Part shown: one piece after another, positions 1-9,887 of the stretch
Position numbering within the stretch: the stretch's first letter is position 1
Layout of the letters: every line of letters starts with the position of its first letter
Assembly: GCA_963823665.1 (NCBI GenBank)
Contig: CAWGMQ010000007.1
Coordinates: 1-64,000 of the forward strand
Direction: 5' to 3'
Source of the DNA: an uncultured Planctomycetota bacterium
GTDB lineage: Bacteria > Planctomycetota > Planctomycetia > Isosphaerales > Isosphaeraceae
Length of the DNA: 64,000 nt
Notes under the pieces: model-generated
The model's input: the letters and a program-made list of their open reading frames with translations, nothing else
Databases searched by the model: none
What the model was told of the DNA's origin: nothing
Made by a program: the position numbers and the translations under genes

Positions 1-235
1 CCATAAACTCGTCGGCCGGAGCAATCGACCAGGGCATGCAGCCTGGGAGCCTTGAGGCGGTCTGAGACCGAGCCTATCGAAACGACCGCCGTGCATGATG
101 GCTGGACGTGATAGTCGAACGGTTCGTACTGTCGAACACCGCCGCCGGGCAGGGAGTTAGCGCCGAGCCGACTCACTCTTCTTGGAGTGGAAGCGTAATG
201 GAGATGTCTTGACGGTTCGACGTCGGGTCCGTGGC

Positions 236-1445
236 CTACACAAAGGCGGCTCGAGCCGCCGCCTTGCCCTGGAACCAGCGCCGCGAACGGCGTGCCGCGG
301 CATCGACGAGCGAGCTCGATCGGCCCGCCGCCTGCTTGAACATTCGACCGAAGCCGCCACAGTTTCCACCCAGTTCGATCGAGTGAGCCCCAGCCGCTCC
401 ATGATTGGGGCCAGGTGATCCGGAATCGTCCGCGTTTGTCCGCGCAGAGTTCCCGCCCCGTCCAATCCAACAGCATGGCATAGTGCTCGACCTGATCGGC
501 AGGAACCCTTTGTCGGACGCCCTCACGTGCAGACGCCGCGGGGCAGCGATCGGGGCGGCGACGCCAGAGGTTGGACCGGAATCGGCGGAAGCCTGGCAGC
601 CACGACCGCGTCCGCGACGGCGGTCGCGATTGGCCCGGCTTGCGACGGCGATTCTTTGCGGTGGTGAGCCGGCACCGACGGCTGTCGTCGACACAGCTTC
701 GGTCGCCGTTTCTTGCAATGTCAGTTCACAGAGCCAGGCGTCCGGGCGCTGAGCTGGCTTCGAGCAAGCTGGGTTGATCCACTGAAGTCAATCTGGTTGA
801 GGTCTCGAGCATGCTTCGGATCCGGTCGCGGCCCGAGGTGTATGCCAATTACCTCCAGCGTCGTCGCGATCGCGGCCCGGATCGGGTTGAGGTCAACGTA
901 AACGCTGCACGCCAAGAGCACCGCCTCATCGAGCAATGCCACCGACTTGAAGCGGCCGGCCCAGAATCTCCGCTGCAACCGTCGTCGTGATTGGCGGCTC
1001 GGGCGATTTTCTCGCGCAAGCACCTCATGAACCGCGACAAGTTGGCGAGACGTTGCACTTCCGCCAGCCGATCGGAGTTCGCCGTGAGCATCGCCAGGTC
1101 GTGCTCGTCGGGTTCGACGGGCTCACCTGTGGCATCGTCACAGGGCGGAACCCGATACCGTCGCAGCGCGATCTCTTCGGCCGACCATTGCTCGGCGATG
1201 TCCGGCCGAATGCGGAGCACGAGATGGAGATCGTTGCTCGTCGCGCAATAACCACAAACCTCGATGGCGAAGAGCCCCGCTAACTCACGCAGTCGATCGA
1301 GAATCCACTCCTTGCGGTGACTATAGTCCTGCCTGGTATACGGGTCCACGCCACAGAGGAAGGCCCGCCGGACGCATCGGGCGATCCAGTGGTCAACGCC
1401 AACCTCGTCTTCCACGACGATCTGGCCCCGAGCGTATGTAGGCAT
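236..1445 (-). pseudogene. REP-associated tyrosine (HuH/Y1) transposase-like gene, frameshifted/decayed
   Basis: Three consecutive minus-strand ORF pieces (849-1475, 721-1023, 236-718) carry family motifs RCVRRAFLCG, SNDLHLVL (HuH normally SNHxHxVL; first His lost), FWAGRFKS and YVDLNPIRA. Likely start MPTYARG at 1445. Confidence 0.75.
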
Positions 1446-1543
1446 CCGCGAGACTCCTGAAACAGCGGCGGGCATTCACGGCTCGGATCATGTCCACAAC
1501 CCCAGTAATGGACAAAGTACCAAATCGTCCTGGCGTGTCAAGT

Positions 1544-1738
1544 GCCCCACGGAAAAAACCGTCCGCGCGGCGCTGGATTGGCTTTCATGTTCTCACGGGG
1601 ATGATGGGTGTCTGAAAACCCGGGGATGATGGGTGTCTGAAAGCCCCACGGAAAAAACCGTCCGCGCGGCGCTGGATTGGCTTTCATGTTCTCACGGGGA
1701 TGATGGGGGAATGATGGGTGTCTGAAAACCCCCCGGGA
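1544..1738. repeat. 65-bp direct duplication plus three ATGATGGGTGTCTGAAA units
   Basis: 1544-1608 is identical to 1643-1707 (99-bp period). ATGATGGGTGTCTGAAA occurs at 1601, 1626 and 1711, immediately upstream of the RAYT-like gene. Confidence 0.9.
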
Positions 1739-1770
1739 AAACCCGCGTACCCACGCCCTACGAGCTAGGC

Positions 1771-2748
1771 ATGGATTTCGTCGTCCCGTTGCTCAGTATC
1801 AGGGATAACGGCAAGTTGTTCGAGTTTGAAAGCACGTTCCTTTTGGAACACGAATGGAAGCTTAGTGAGAAGGATGCCACGCTGAAACCGGGTTATAACC
1901 CGCTACAGAGGCCAACGGGCAAGGCCGGATCAATTGACATCGAGGGCGGCAAAATCGTCGCCGCCGTATCCACCGATGAAGCCGCCAACGATTTCGTGGC
2001 GACACTCCATCAGCAGGTACTTGACTTGGGCACCGCCGACGACTGGACCAAGGAAGCCTTAGCCGCATGGCTGGACCGCCACATCCCGCATCAGGACATC
2101 CCGGAAGGCCAGTCAGCGAGTTTTCTCCTGAAGGTCATCAACGGCTTAATGGCGAAGCACGGCATTACGGACGTCAGCACGCTTGCCCTTGACCGCTTCC
2201 GGCTGCGTGATGCGATTGAGGAGCGAATCAACGAGCATCGAGAGCATGAACGCAAGAATGCCTTTCAGGCGTTCCTGCTCCCTGCGTCAGAGCTAACAGT
2301 AAGCCCGGACCGTGCCCTCAACTTCAAGACGATGAGCTATGAGCCAAGCTGGCTGTACGAAGGCGGATTCCAATTCAAGAAACATTATTTCGGCAAGCCG
2401 GGCGAACTTACCGAAAAAACGCCGGGTGGACAGCAGACCGAAGAATTCAACTGTGCCCAATTCATCGACAACCTGGCCGAAGTCAAATACTGGATACGCA
2501 ACCTTTCCAAAAAGCCGTCATCATTCCGGCTGCAAACCTCAAAAGACCGCTTCTATCCCGACTTTATTTGCCAGCTCACCGATGGCCGCGTTCTTGTCGT
2601 TGAATATAAAGGCCAGCATCTGTTCACCGACGCCGAAGAAAAACGAGCGGTTGGCGAGGTATGGGCATCCAGGAGCGGCGGCAAATGCCGCTTCGTCATG
2701 CCGACGCAGGGAGACTTTACATCCATTGTCCGGGCGATCCTAACCTAA
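1771..2748 (+). pseudogene. C-terminal (endonuclease) part of a type III restriction Res-like protein, N-terminal helicase missing
   Basis: PD-(D/E)XK motif FYPDFICQLTDGRVLVVEYKG preceded by E..CA..ID..V.YW.RN, typical of Res C-termini. No helicase motifs; upstream lies the repeat block. Confidence 0.7.
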
Positions 2749-3027
2749 CCCACCATTACCACGGCCCCATCGCTTTACTGGTACGCCTGCCCACATCGCC
2801 CATAGGAGGGTCGCAATCCTGCTCGCCGATGACCGATGCACCCCGCCACAGCGACGACCGAAAGCCTGAACCCACCTAGACAAACCGATAGCAATCGTGT
2901 TTTCTTTCGACTAAAGTTTCCTTCGTGCACGCACGCAACGAATGCCGCGACTGCCGAGTGCTTGCTTTATCCTGGGCATTCGGCTGCAACTCTATGGCGA
3001 GCAATGATTTACAACCAGGGAATGCCG

Positions 3028-4308
3028 ATGCCGGTCAAAGAAACCATTAATCGTGACGTGGGGGAGCAAAGCAAAGGACCAAGGCTTCAGCGACTTCGGG
3101 CCGTCAATCTCTTGCTCGACGCACTAAACCGTCCAGATTTCTGCCTCGCTTACTGTGCCGTCGAATTTGAAGGCGACGTTTACTACCGGGAAGCGACCGC
3201 CACGGAAAGCGGCGAGTATCATGAGGAAAATAAAAATTATGATATGACCACCAATTTCACGCTGGCCAGTGCACAAGTTCTTAATACATTGATCATATAT
3301 CTGGATTGCTGGATCGGAAAAGCATGCAGCCCTAACGTGCTCTTTGGATTCTACGCACCGAACGGATGCGGGAAAGAACGTTCGACCGCCAGGACAAACG
3401 CTCTACAAATCGAGTGGCCAAGTAAGCCGATGCTCGAAATCCTTCAGAACGGCCAGACAACAGACCCAAGCATTATTAGCATTGTTCGGATTCTCATTAT
3501 TGATGAATATAAACTTCAATACAATTATAATTCGTCCGCTAACGGACAGGCCGGAAGTGAGGACGACACTATCAAACCCGGCAATCTTGCGGTTATCGAC
3601 GAATGGAGCGACGAGGAATGGCAAGGTTTCCTGAACCAGATCAGTTGGAAGCTCGGACAGGAAGACGCGACGCAACTTGAGGAGACGCTTAAGCAAAAGG
3701 TCAGACACTCGCCTCTCTACAACCAAAGCATCTCCGGCAAGGAAGGTCATGTTATTGAGTTGATGTGCGGCATGCTAGACAAACGACAGGCAATCGCGGA
3801 CCCAGTGATGCGATTTGTGCACATCTCTGATGTTAACAATGTGTTCTTGATGATCTCGACTCAAACCTATCGCTTACCCGATCCTTCGTACAAAACATGG
3901 GAACGCCTTCCCAAACCGGAGGATACCCGAAATCTCACCGATAAAGTCTTGGCGGTTTCAAACTCGGTGCCCAAAGAAGACTTGGGCAGGTGGAACAGGA
4001 AGGCAAGCAACAGCATGATCGTCCAGGAGGAATATAGCGACGATCCCAGCATCAAAGCCTTTAAATATCAACTGTACGATGCATGTAGCGACAAGCTTGC
4101 CGAACTTCGCCGAGAAAACGCCGGGCAGCCGTTGACCTCAGAACAGATTACGCATTGGGTTTCAGTGTTACTCGCCTGTTGCGACCAACGAATTGAAGAT
4201 TGCAGTAAGCATTATGCTTACTCTATTTCGGGGCAGGCATTCTTGACGGATATGATTTGGGAGTTGTTCGATAGTTGCTACCTGGCATTTGATGCAGGTG
4301 CCGCATGA
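3028..4308 (+). CDS. ABC-three-component/Lamassu-like effector (LmuA-like): divergent Cap4-type nuclease N-terminus plus C-terminal CTD
   Basis: N-terminal SKGPRLQRLRA...VEFEGDV...HEENKNY resembles Cap4/PD-(D/E)XK nucleases. C-terminal DMIWELFDSCYLAF resembles ABC-3C CTD ends. First gene of an overlapping three-gene operon. Start chosen from the AGGGA RBS (alternatives 3004/3022). Confidence 0.65.
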   Translation: MPVKETINRDVGEQSKGPRLQRLRAVNLLLDALNRPDFCLAYCAVEFEGDVYYREATATESGEYHEENKNYDMTTNFTLASAQVLNTLIIYLDCWIGKACSPNVLFGFYAPNGCGKERSTARTNALQIEWPSKPMLEILQNGQTTDPSIISIVRILIIDEYKLQYNYNSSANGQAGSEDDTIKPGNLAVIDEWSDEEWQGFLNQISWKLGQEDATQLEETLKQKVRHSPLYNQSISGKEGHVIELMCGMLDKRQAIADPVMRFVHISDVNNVFLMISTQTYRLPDPSYKTWERLPKPEDTRNLTDKVLAVSNSVPKEDLGRWNRKASNSMIVQEEYSDDPSIKAFKYQLYDACSDKLAELRRENAGQPLTSEQITHWVSVLLACCDQRIEDCSKHYAYSISGQAFLTDMIWELFDSCYLAFDAGAA

Positions 4309-4847
4309 ACGATGAAGCCCTGAAAGTCAAAAAGCGGATAATGTTCGCCAAAGGCGACGATCTATATTTTATTGCTTATAATTTGCTAATTATCCTACGC
4401 GAATTGGGATGCGTCTCGGAGGACAAACAATTCGTCGACTATCGAAAGCTGTCGTTCCTGATCGATTTCATTGCCGACCCTCGTTTAGCGAATTTGATTT
4501 CGGAGCGTAAGCAGTTCACTTCCGTGCTCGGCTCGGGTGAAAAGCATGACTTATCGCTTGCCTACAGCCATGCGACCTCCCGCATGCATTCGGTGATGCG
4601 ACTCATCTGTGCGTTGGAAAGCAAAGGGTTGCTGAGCATCGCCAGAAGCACCCGCAATACTGGCTTCGACCTCTATCTTCACGAGGACAAACTACCGTCC
4701 GGCTTTTTGGACGATGACATTTACAATGTCGAGCGGCAGAACCTCGACATTTTGCGAAAGGTCTTTCCCCGGCTTCGCACCTTAAAACTCGACACCATGC
4801 TTCAGCAGCTTTTCACCGATAATGGAGTTGACGCATGGCACGCTTGA
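4305..4847 (+). CDS. ABC-three-component middle component (LmuC-like)
   Basis: 180 aa; ATGA overlap with the upstream gene and overlap with the downstream ATPase. KLSFLIDF-type helix and position are typical of the middle component. Confidence 0.6.
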   Translation: MNDEALKVKKRIMFAKGDDLYFIAYNLLIILRELGCVSEDKQFVDYRKLSFLIDFIADPRLANLISERKQFTSVLGSGEKHDLSLAYSHATSRMHSVMRLICALESKGLLSIARSTRNTGFDLYLHEDKLPSGFLDDDIYNVERQNLDILRKVFPRLRTLKLDTMLQQLFTDNGVDAWHA

Positions 4848-6763
4848 GTATCCGAAAAGTGGATTATCAAGGAAACAGATACTATTTCACGTCCCCCAGT
4901 CTTGCGGATGGAATAAACATACTGGAAGGCGACAACGGCACCGGAAAATCCACCTTTTCCAACTTGATTTATTATGGCCTTGGTGGCCGCGTCGAGAGCT
5001 TCCGCCGTGATTCTAAGGCGAAGCACCTGGAGATTACGTCAGACACCGATAACTTCGTCGAGTTGACCATTGAGATCGACGCTATCCAATTTCGTTTGAA
5101 GCGATACATAGACTCTAATGACATTGGAATTATCTATGTTGCAGGTGGCGAAGTGGAGGTGTTACCAGTTGGGAGAACGCAGAATACTCCGCACATCTTT
5201 TCGGACTGGCTGCTCGACAGGCTTGGCATTGAGGCGGTTTCGATACACCTGAACTACGGCGACTATTCGGGAAAGCTCGGTTTCACCGATATCGCCCGCC
5301 TCATCTACCACAACCAGTCGCCCGATCCATCTGGTATCTACAAACCACCTGATACGTCGAGCTTCGTTACTGACTCCAAGATTTTCAGAAAAGCAATCTT
5401 TGAAATACTTGTCGGGAAATCATTTCAGCGACTCTACCATTGCATGGCCGAGTTAAAGGATTTGGATAAGGAAAGAGCCGGTGCTGTCAACGCACTCGAA
5501 TTCTTTAAGCGATTTGTCGATCAGGTTCGGCCCGACCAGGACGACTTGAATCAGGTCCATTTGGACCGACGCTTACGAGAAGTGCAAGAACAGCTCAGCA
5601 GAGCCATCGCCTACCGACAATCGCTTGCCAAGGCCCCCCGGCGGAACACTTCTCTAGATACCACTTCCCGGAAAAATGACCTCTTGCAAATCGAAATGCG
5701 ATCGGCCGATCTTGTTCGATCGGAGAACGACGTTTTAACCGAAATATCGCGCCTACAACGCCTGAAAGCGGAGCTGATTCTTGAAGTAACCCAACTCAAG
5801 AAGATGATGTTTGCACATGATAAGCTGAATATGTTTTCGTTAAATACATGCCCCTACTGTCTTAAGGAAGTACAACGCGAGATCAACCGTTGCGTTTGCG
5901 GTGCCGTAGTGTCAGAAGCTCAATACGAACGGTTTTTCTACAGCCCGGATGAATATCTTACTATACTTAAATCAAAGCAACGGAACGTTGATACGATCGA
6001 TGCCGCGATCGAGTCCTGTCGGGAGGAAATCGGTGGTTTCGGAAAGGAACTGGCCAAGCTCAAGGGGGCCGGTCAGCGTATTCGCAGTGAAATTGCTGAG
6101 GGCGTTGAACAAACCGATTCTGTCATCGACCTCACTCAGTTTAACACGATAGATCAGCAAGTAACGTCCCTGCGTGGCACGCTCGCTTCGCTTGAGCAGC
6201 AACAGGAACTCGAAGGCAAGCGGGAAGAGCTGGAGCGGAAAGCACGCGATACGCAGCAACGCTGGGAGGCGAAGCAAACTGAATATAACCAGTTACAGGC
6301 ACAAGCCGACGCCGAAATGGAAACGCAACGTGCCAGGTTTTCGCAGCAATACGAAGAGTTGATGCGTCAAACGCTACAGGATTGCAGGTTGGCTTATATC
6401 GACTCGGATTATGTGCCTATCTTCGATGCAGGCAAATACAGGGAAGCCAGTTCAGAAGTGCCCAAAAGGCTCAACTATTATTTGACACTTTTATACCTGT
6501 CATTGGCTGATGCCGACATTGACTTTCCGCGATTCCTTTTGATTGACACGCCGGAAACCGCCGGTATCGACCCTACCAACCTCATCAACTGCCTCAGCCA
6601 GTTGTCGAACATCGTCGGCACCGACGCCTCACCGGAATGCCAGATCATCCTAACCACAGGGATAGGCAAATACCCACCAAACTTACGCAGTCGAGTATTC
6701 CAGACGCTAACCAAGGATGATCGTTTACTGAAGCTCCGTGATACGCTTCCCCTTAAGAATTGA
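4835..6763 (+). CDS. SMC/Rad50-like ABC ATPase (LmuB-like)
   Basis: Walker A GDNGTGKST, long coiled coils flanking a CPYC...CVCG zinc-hook-like centre, Walker B FLLIDTP, C-terminal QIILTT. Confidence 0.85.
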   Translation: MARLSIRKVDYQGNRYYFTSPSLADGINILEGDNGTGKSTFSNLIYYGLGGRVESFRRDSKAKHLEITSDTDNFVELTIEIDAIQFRLKRYIDSNDIGIIYVAGGEVEVLPVGRTQNTPHIFSDWLLDRLGIEAVSIHLNYGDYSGKLGFTDIARLIYHNQSPDPSGIYKPPDTSSFVTDSKIFRKAIFEILVGKSFQRLYHCMAELKDLDKERAGAVNALEFFKRFVDQVRPDQDDLNQVHLDRRLREVQEQLSRAIAYRQSLAKAPRRNTSLDTTSRKNDLLQIEMRSADLVRSENDVLTEISRLQRLKAELILEVTQLKKMMFAHDKLNMFSLNTCPYCLKEVQREINRCVCGAVVSEAQYERFFYSPDEYLTILKSKQRNVDTIDAAIESCREEIGGFGKELAKLKGAGQRIRSEIAEGVEQTDSVIDLTQFNTIDQQVTSLRGTLASLEQQQELEGKREELERKARDTQQRWEAKQTEYNQLQAQADAEMETQRARFSQQYEELMRQTLQDCRLAYIDSDYVPIFDAGKYREASSEVPKRLNYYLTLLYLSLADADIDFPRFLLIDTPETAGIDPTNLINCLSQLSNIVGTDASPECQIILTTGIGKYPPNLRSRVFQTLTKDDRLLKLRDTLPLKN

Positions 6764-6866
6764 CCAGATCGACATCTGCTCGACAATATTCCGCGTCACC
6801 TTTTTCTGCCGTCGGCCTTCGGGTCACTTACGCCCTAGCTAGAAACTTCTAGGTTACCGGCTGGTC

Positions 6867-7787
6867 TTACGAAGGGGTCATCTGCTCCGCCGAGAGGGAT
6901 TGGAGCGTGACGAGCAGTGGACCGAAGACATCAGCCGGTCGATTATGTTGCAATGCCTGCATCAACATAATGTGAAATTGGTGGTTAGATTTTAAGTCTG
7001 CTATAAGCTTGAGGTATTCCGGCCTCTTTTCGAGGACGAGTTGATTCAAATAGGCCCCCGGCGGGAACTCAAACGGGCGACGCGCATACGGGTTTGGAAA
7101 ATACTCAAATTGATATCCACTCCACAGCGAATCATGATCATCAACGGACGCCTTTTCCGAGAGGAACGCCAGTCCGCTGACGTTTGGATAACCGCCCAGT
7201 TCTTCGCTGAGAAACAGACCAGTGGGGGGCAAATAAAGATTGCCGCTAACATGTGAACTGTCGATAGCTATATTGAACTGAGGAAATAAGCCAATAATGT
7301 AAGGTATTTTCCTCGACTCAACAAGCTCTCGATATGTTGTGCATTTGGATTTGATACTATCGTAAACTCGTTTGGAATCAGCGGCCTCATCAGCCGATAA
7401 CGGAGCAGGCTTGCCTTGCTTGAGCAGCGTCTTAGCCCGGTCATCGGTGGATTTATCGGCATGTAGGTTAACTACGTCGATAATCGCCCTAAGGTCGTCG
7501 CTGTCACCGAAGACCGCCCAATCGGGAGTCTTTCCGTCGATCTTTTGGTATGCCCGGATCTTCCATCCATTGCGGGCGAGGTACGAGCCAAAAAGCAATT
7601 CGCGGAACGTATGGAGAACCTGATCCTGATCGTGAGGCTGTGATTGGAATTCCTTTTTGTACCGCTGCACGTCACTGCTATGGATATACTGAAAACACTC
7701 ATTAATGCAGGCGTCGATACTGGCGTTCTCCGCAATCCGGCCATCCGTCGTGCTGGCACCCGGCCCTGTTCTTTTTCGGGCAGTCAT
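6867..7787 (-). CDS. hypothetical protein, possible restriction-endonuclease-like fold
   Basis: 306-aa intact ORF. ELLFGSYL...GKTPDW...IIDVVNL resembles a degenerate PD-(D/E)XK core. Confidence 0.5.
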   Translation of the reverse strand: MTARKRTGPGASTTDGRIAENASIDACINECFQYIHSSDVQRYKKEFQSQPHDQDQVLHTFRELLFGSYLARNGWKIRAYQKIDGKTPDWAVFGDSDDLRAIIDVVNLHADKSTDDRAKTLLKQGKPAPLSADEAADSKRVYDSIKSKCTTYRELVESRKIPYIIGLFPQFNIAIDSSHVSGNLYLPPTGLFLSEELGGYPNVSGLAFLSEKASVDDHDSLWSGYQFEYFPNPYARRPFEFPPGAYLNQLVLEKRPEYLKLIADLKSNHQFHIMLMQALQHNRPADVFGPLLVTLQSLSAEQMTPS

Positions 7788-7817
7788 GTCGCTTCAGCCC
7801 TTAAATCGGAATCGGCT

Positions 7818-8555
7818 CTACTCAAGATTTCCGCGACGTTTGCGGCCATCTGCCTGAGGCCCGCCCCTGGCATTCGCCAGAGTTTGCTCAATTTTGTGCA
7901 GGCGGTCGAGAAGTATGCTTCGTATGGAATCCAGCATCCCAAATATTGACGCGGAATTAAACGTATATTTTACTACGTCGATATCCATGTTTTCTTTAAT
8001 GGCACTAACGTAATCCTGGCAATGAGCAACGCCCATACCGCCTTTCTTCGCGTAAGCTTCCAGTTCCCGAACGCCAAATCGAAAGCGATCCTGATTGACA
8101 AAGGCGAGGTCGAGGTCTTCGATCAGCAACGGCCGGTTGTACACATCCAGATGCCTGATGGGGATGATGCGATATTCAGGCACAACGTCCGTTTCGGCCA
8201 TCGTGGTTGGTGAATATCCGGTCAGCTCACACAGAATCCACTTCTCCAAATCCTTGTCGCCCAGCATCTGAGCTAATCGCAGGGCTTTGGGCAGCGTTTC
8301 GCTCAATTCTTTCGTTGGGGCATTGGCAAGGAGCCACTGAAGAAGCGATGACGCCGCGTCCTTCGGCGGCTCAGCGTGCTCGCCGCCGTCCGTCGCTGCG
8401 AAGCGTCGATATACCTCCAGGCAAATGAGCACTAAGCCGCAGATCACCGTGTACGGCTCATACCATGCATCCTGCGTCCAGGCCCATCGCAGTGCAAAGA
8501 CGGCAAACAGCACCACCGTCAGCAGTTCAATGACCGTCGTCGGCCGCTTTCCCAT
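7818..8555 (-). CDS. membrane-anchored AbiTii-domain protein
   Basis: Two N-terminal hydrophobic helices followed by LPKALRLAQMLGDKDLEKWILCELTGY...VPEYRII, matching the AbiTii pattern. Start MGKRP at 8555 (ORF opens at 8582). Confidence 0.7.
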   Translation of the reverse strand: MGKRPTTVIELLTVVLFAVFALRWAWTQDAWYEPYTVICGLVLICLEVYRRFAATDGGEHAEPPKDAASSLLQWLLANAPTKELSETLPKALRLAQMLGDKDLEKWILCELTGYSPTTMAETDVVPEYRIIPIRHLDVYNRPLLIEDLDLAFVNQDRFRFGVRELEAYAKKGGMGVAHCQDYVSAIKENMDIDVVKYTFNSASIFGMLDSIRSILLDRLHKIEQTLANARGGPQADGRKRRGNLE

Positions 8556-8703
8556 CGTACCGCCCCCGAAACCCTCCGGCATCGTCCATCCTGAACAGAA
8601 CTATCGATGCTATCCAGGTGTTCTGCCCCCGACTAGACCAAATGTGTTAACGACCTAACCCATTTTGCAACTTTTTCTTGCGTCGCTTTTTCCTCTCCAT
8701 TAT

Positions 8704-8731
8704 AGTTCGGATAAAGCGAGTTATCCGAACC
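8704..8731. other. dif/xrs-like tyrosine recombinase site (11-6-11)
   Basis: AGTTCGGATAA-AGCGAG-TTATCCGAACC: a perfect 10-bp inverted repeat around a 6-bp spacer, about 40 bp upstream of the recombinase gene. Confidence 0.75.
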
Positions 8732-8772
8732 ATGCCCGATGCCGGGCAGGGCGTGACTTTTTAGGAGGGTGC

Positions 8773-9807
8773 ATGGATGAGGCAGGCTTAGAGTTAACAA
8801 GAATCACCCCAGGGGCGGTTGCCCCTGCCCCCATCCCGGCCTTTACCGGCCAGGTGTCCGGCGATCTCCGCCAGGCCATCGGCCGGGCGGTCGCTGCCTG
8901 GCTGCTCCACACCCCCTCGCCCCATACCCGTAAAGCCTACCAGCATGACCTGAATCAATTCCTGGCCCATGCCAAAATCGCCGCTGGTGCCTTCGAGCAG
9001 CTCGCCCAGGTGCGGCCGGAGCACGTCATCGATTGGCGGGAGCGGCTAGCAGCCGCAGGCATGACCAATAGCTCCATACGGCGGAAGCTCACCGCCCTGC
9101 GGTCGCTGTTTTCCTACCTGCAAATTTACGGCTACAGCGGGGCCAATCCCGCCCACGGCAAGTTCGTGAAGGCTCCCGCCGTGTCACGCGACGGCAAGAC
9201 CGTCGGCCTGTCGCCGCATGATTGCCGCCGCCTGCTCAACGCCCCGGCGGTCACGGACCGCAGCGGGGACTTGATTCCTGCGGGCGTGCGGGACGCGGCG
9301 ATGCTGGCGGTGCTGGCCTATTCCGGTTGCCGCGTCGGCGAACTGGTCCGCCTCCGCGTCCGCGATTACAAGACCAGCGGCGAGCATCGCATCCTGAACA
9401 TCACCGGGAAGGGCGGCAAGGAACGCACCACGCCGCTACACCTGGAAGCCGTCGAACGGCTAGCCGCCTGGCTGGCGGTGCCCGGCATCAAAGACGATCC
9501 GGCCGGGCCGCTGTTTCCGGCCGCACGCTCGCCACGCGGCATGGGCCGCGATGGATTCGCTAACACGGCGATGACGACCAGGGCGGTGGAGAAGCTGATC
9601 GACCGCTACGTTACTGCCCTTGGGCTTGATCCCAACGTCACCGTCCATTCGCTCCGCGTTACCGCCCTCACCACCGCCAGGGAACGGGGATCGGATATCA
9701 TTGATTTACAGGATTTCGCCGGACACGCCGACCCGAGGACCACCCTCACCTACATCCGCAGCCGCGACCGGCTTAGCAAAAGTCCGGCCTACGTCCTGAA
9801 ATACTGA
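8773..9807 (+). CDS. tyrosine recombinase/integrase
   Basis: Catalytic set GCRVGE (R), GKGGKER (K), HSLR (H-x-x-R), GHADPRTTLTY (H, Y), plus an N-terminal SAM-like region. AGGAGG RBS before ATG 8773. Confidence 0.93.
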   Translation: MDEAGLELTRITPGAVAPAPIPAFTGQVSGDLRQAIGRAVAAWLLHTPSPHTRKAYQHDLNQFLAHAKIAAGAFEQLAQVRPEHVIDWRERLAAAGMTNSSIRRKLTALRSLFSYLQIYGYSGANPAHGKFVKAPAVSRDGKTVGLSPHDCRRLLNAPAVTDRSGDLIPAGVRDAAMLAVLAYSGCRVGELVRLRVRDYKTSGEHRILNITGKGGKERTTPLHLEAVERLAAWLAVPGIKDDPAGPLFPAARSPRGMGRDGFANTAMTTRAVEKLIDRYVTALGLDPNVTVHSLRVTALTTARERGSDIIDLQDFAGHADPRTTLTYIRSRDRLSKSPAYVLKY

Positions 9808-9887
9808 CGCAGAACGCACCAGCAGCCAAATCAAGCTTGATACAATCAAGCGTAATTATACAAATTGAAACATCGCTTTGCAATTAA

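Noticed and set aside
2836..3027. N-terminal 64 aa of the 490-aa ORF
   Set aside because: Looks like non-coding read-through; a better RBS and the domain start lie at 3022-3028.
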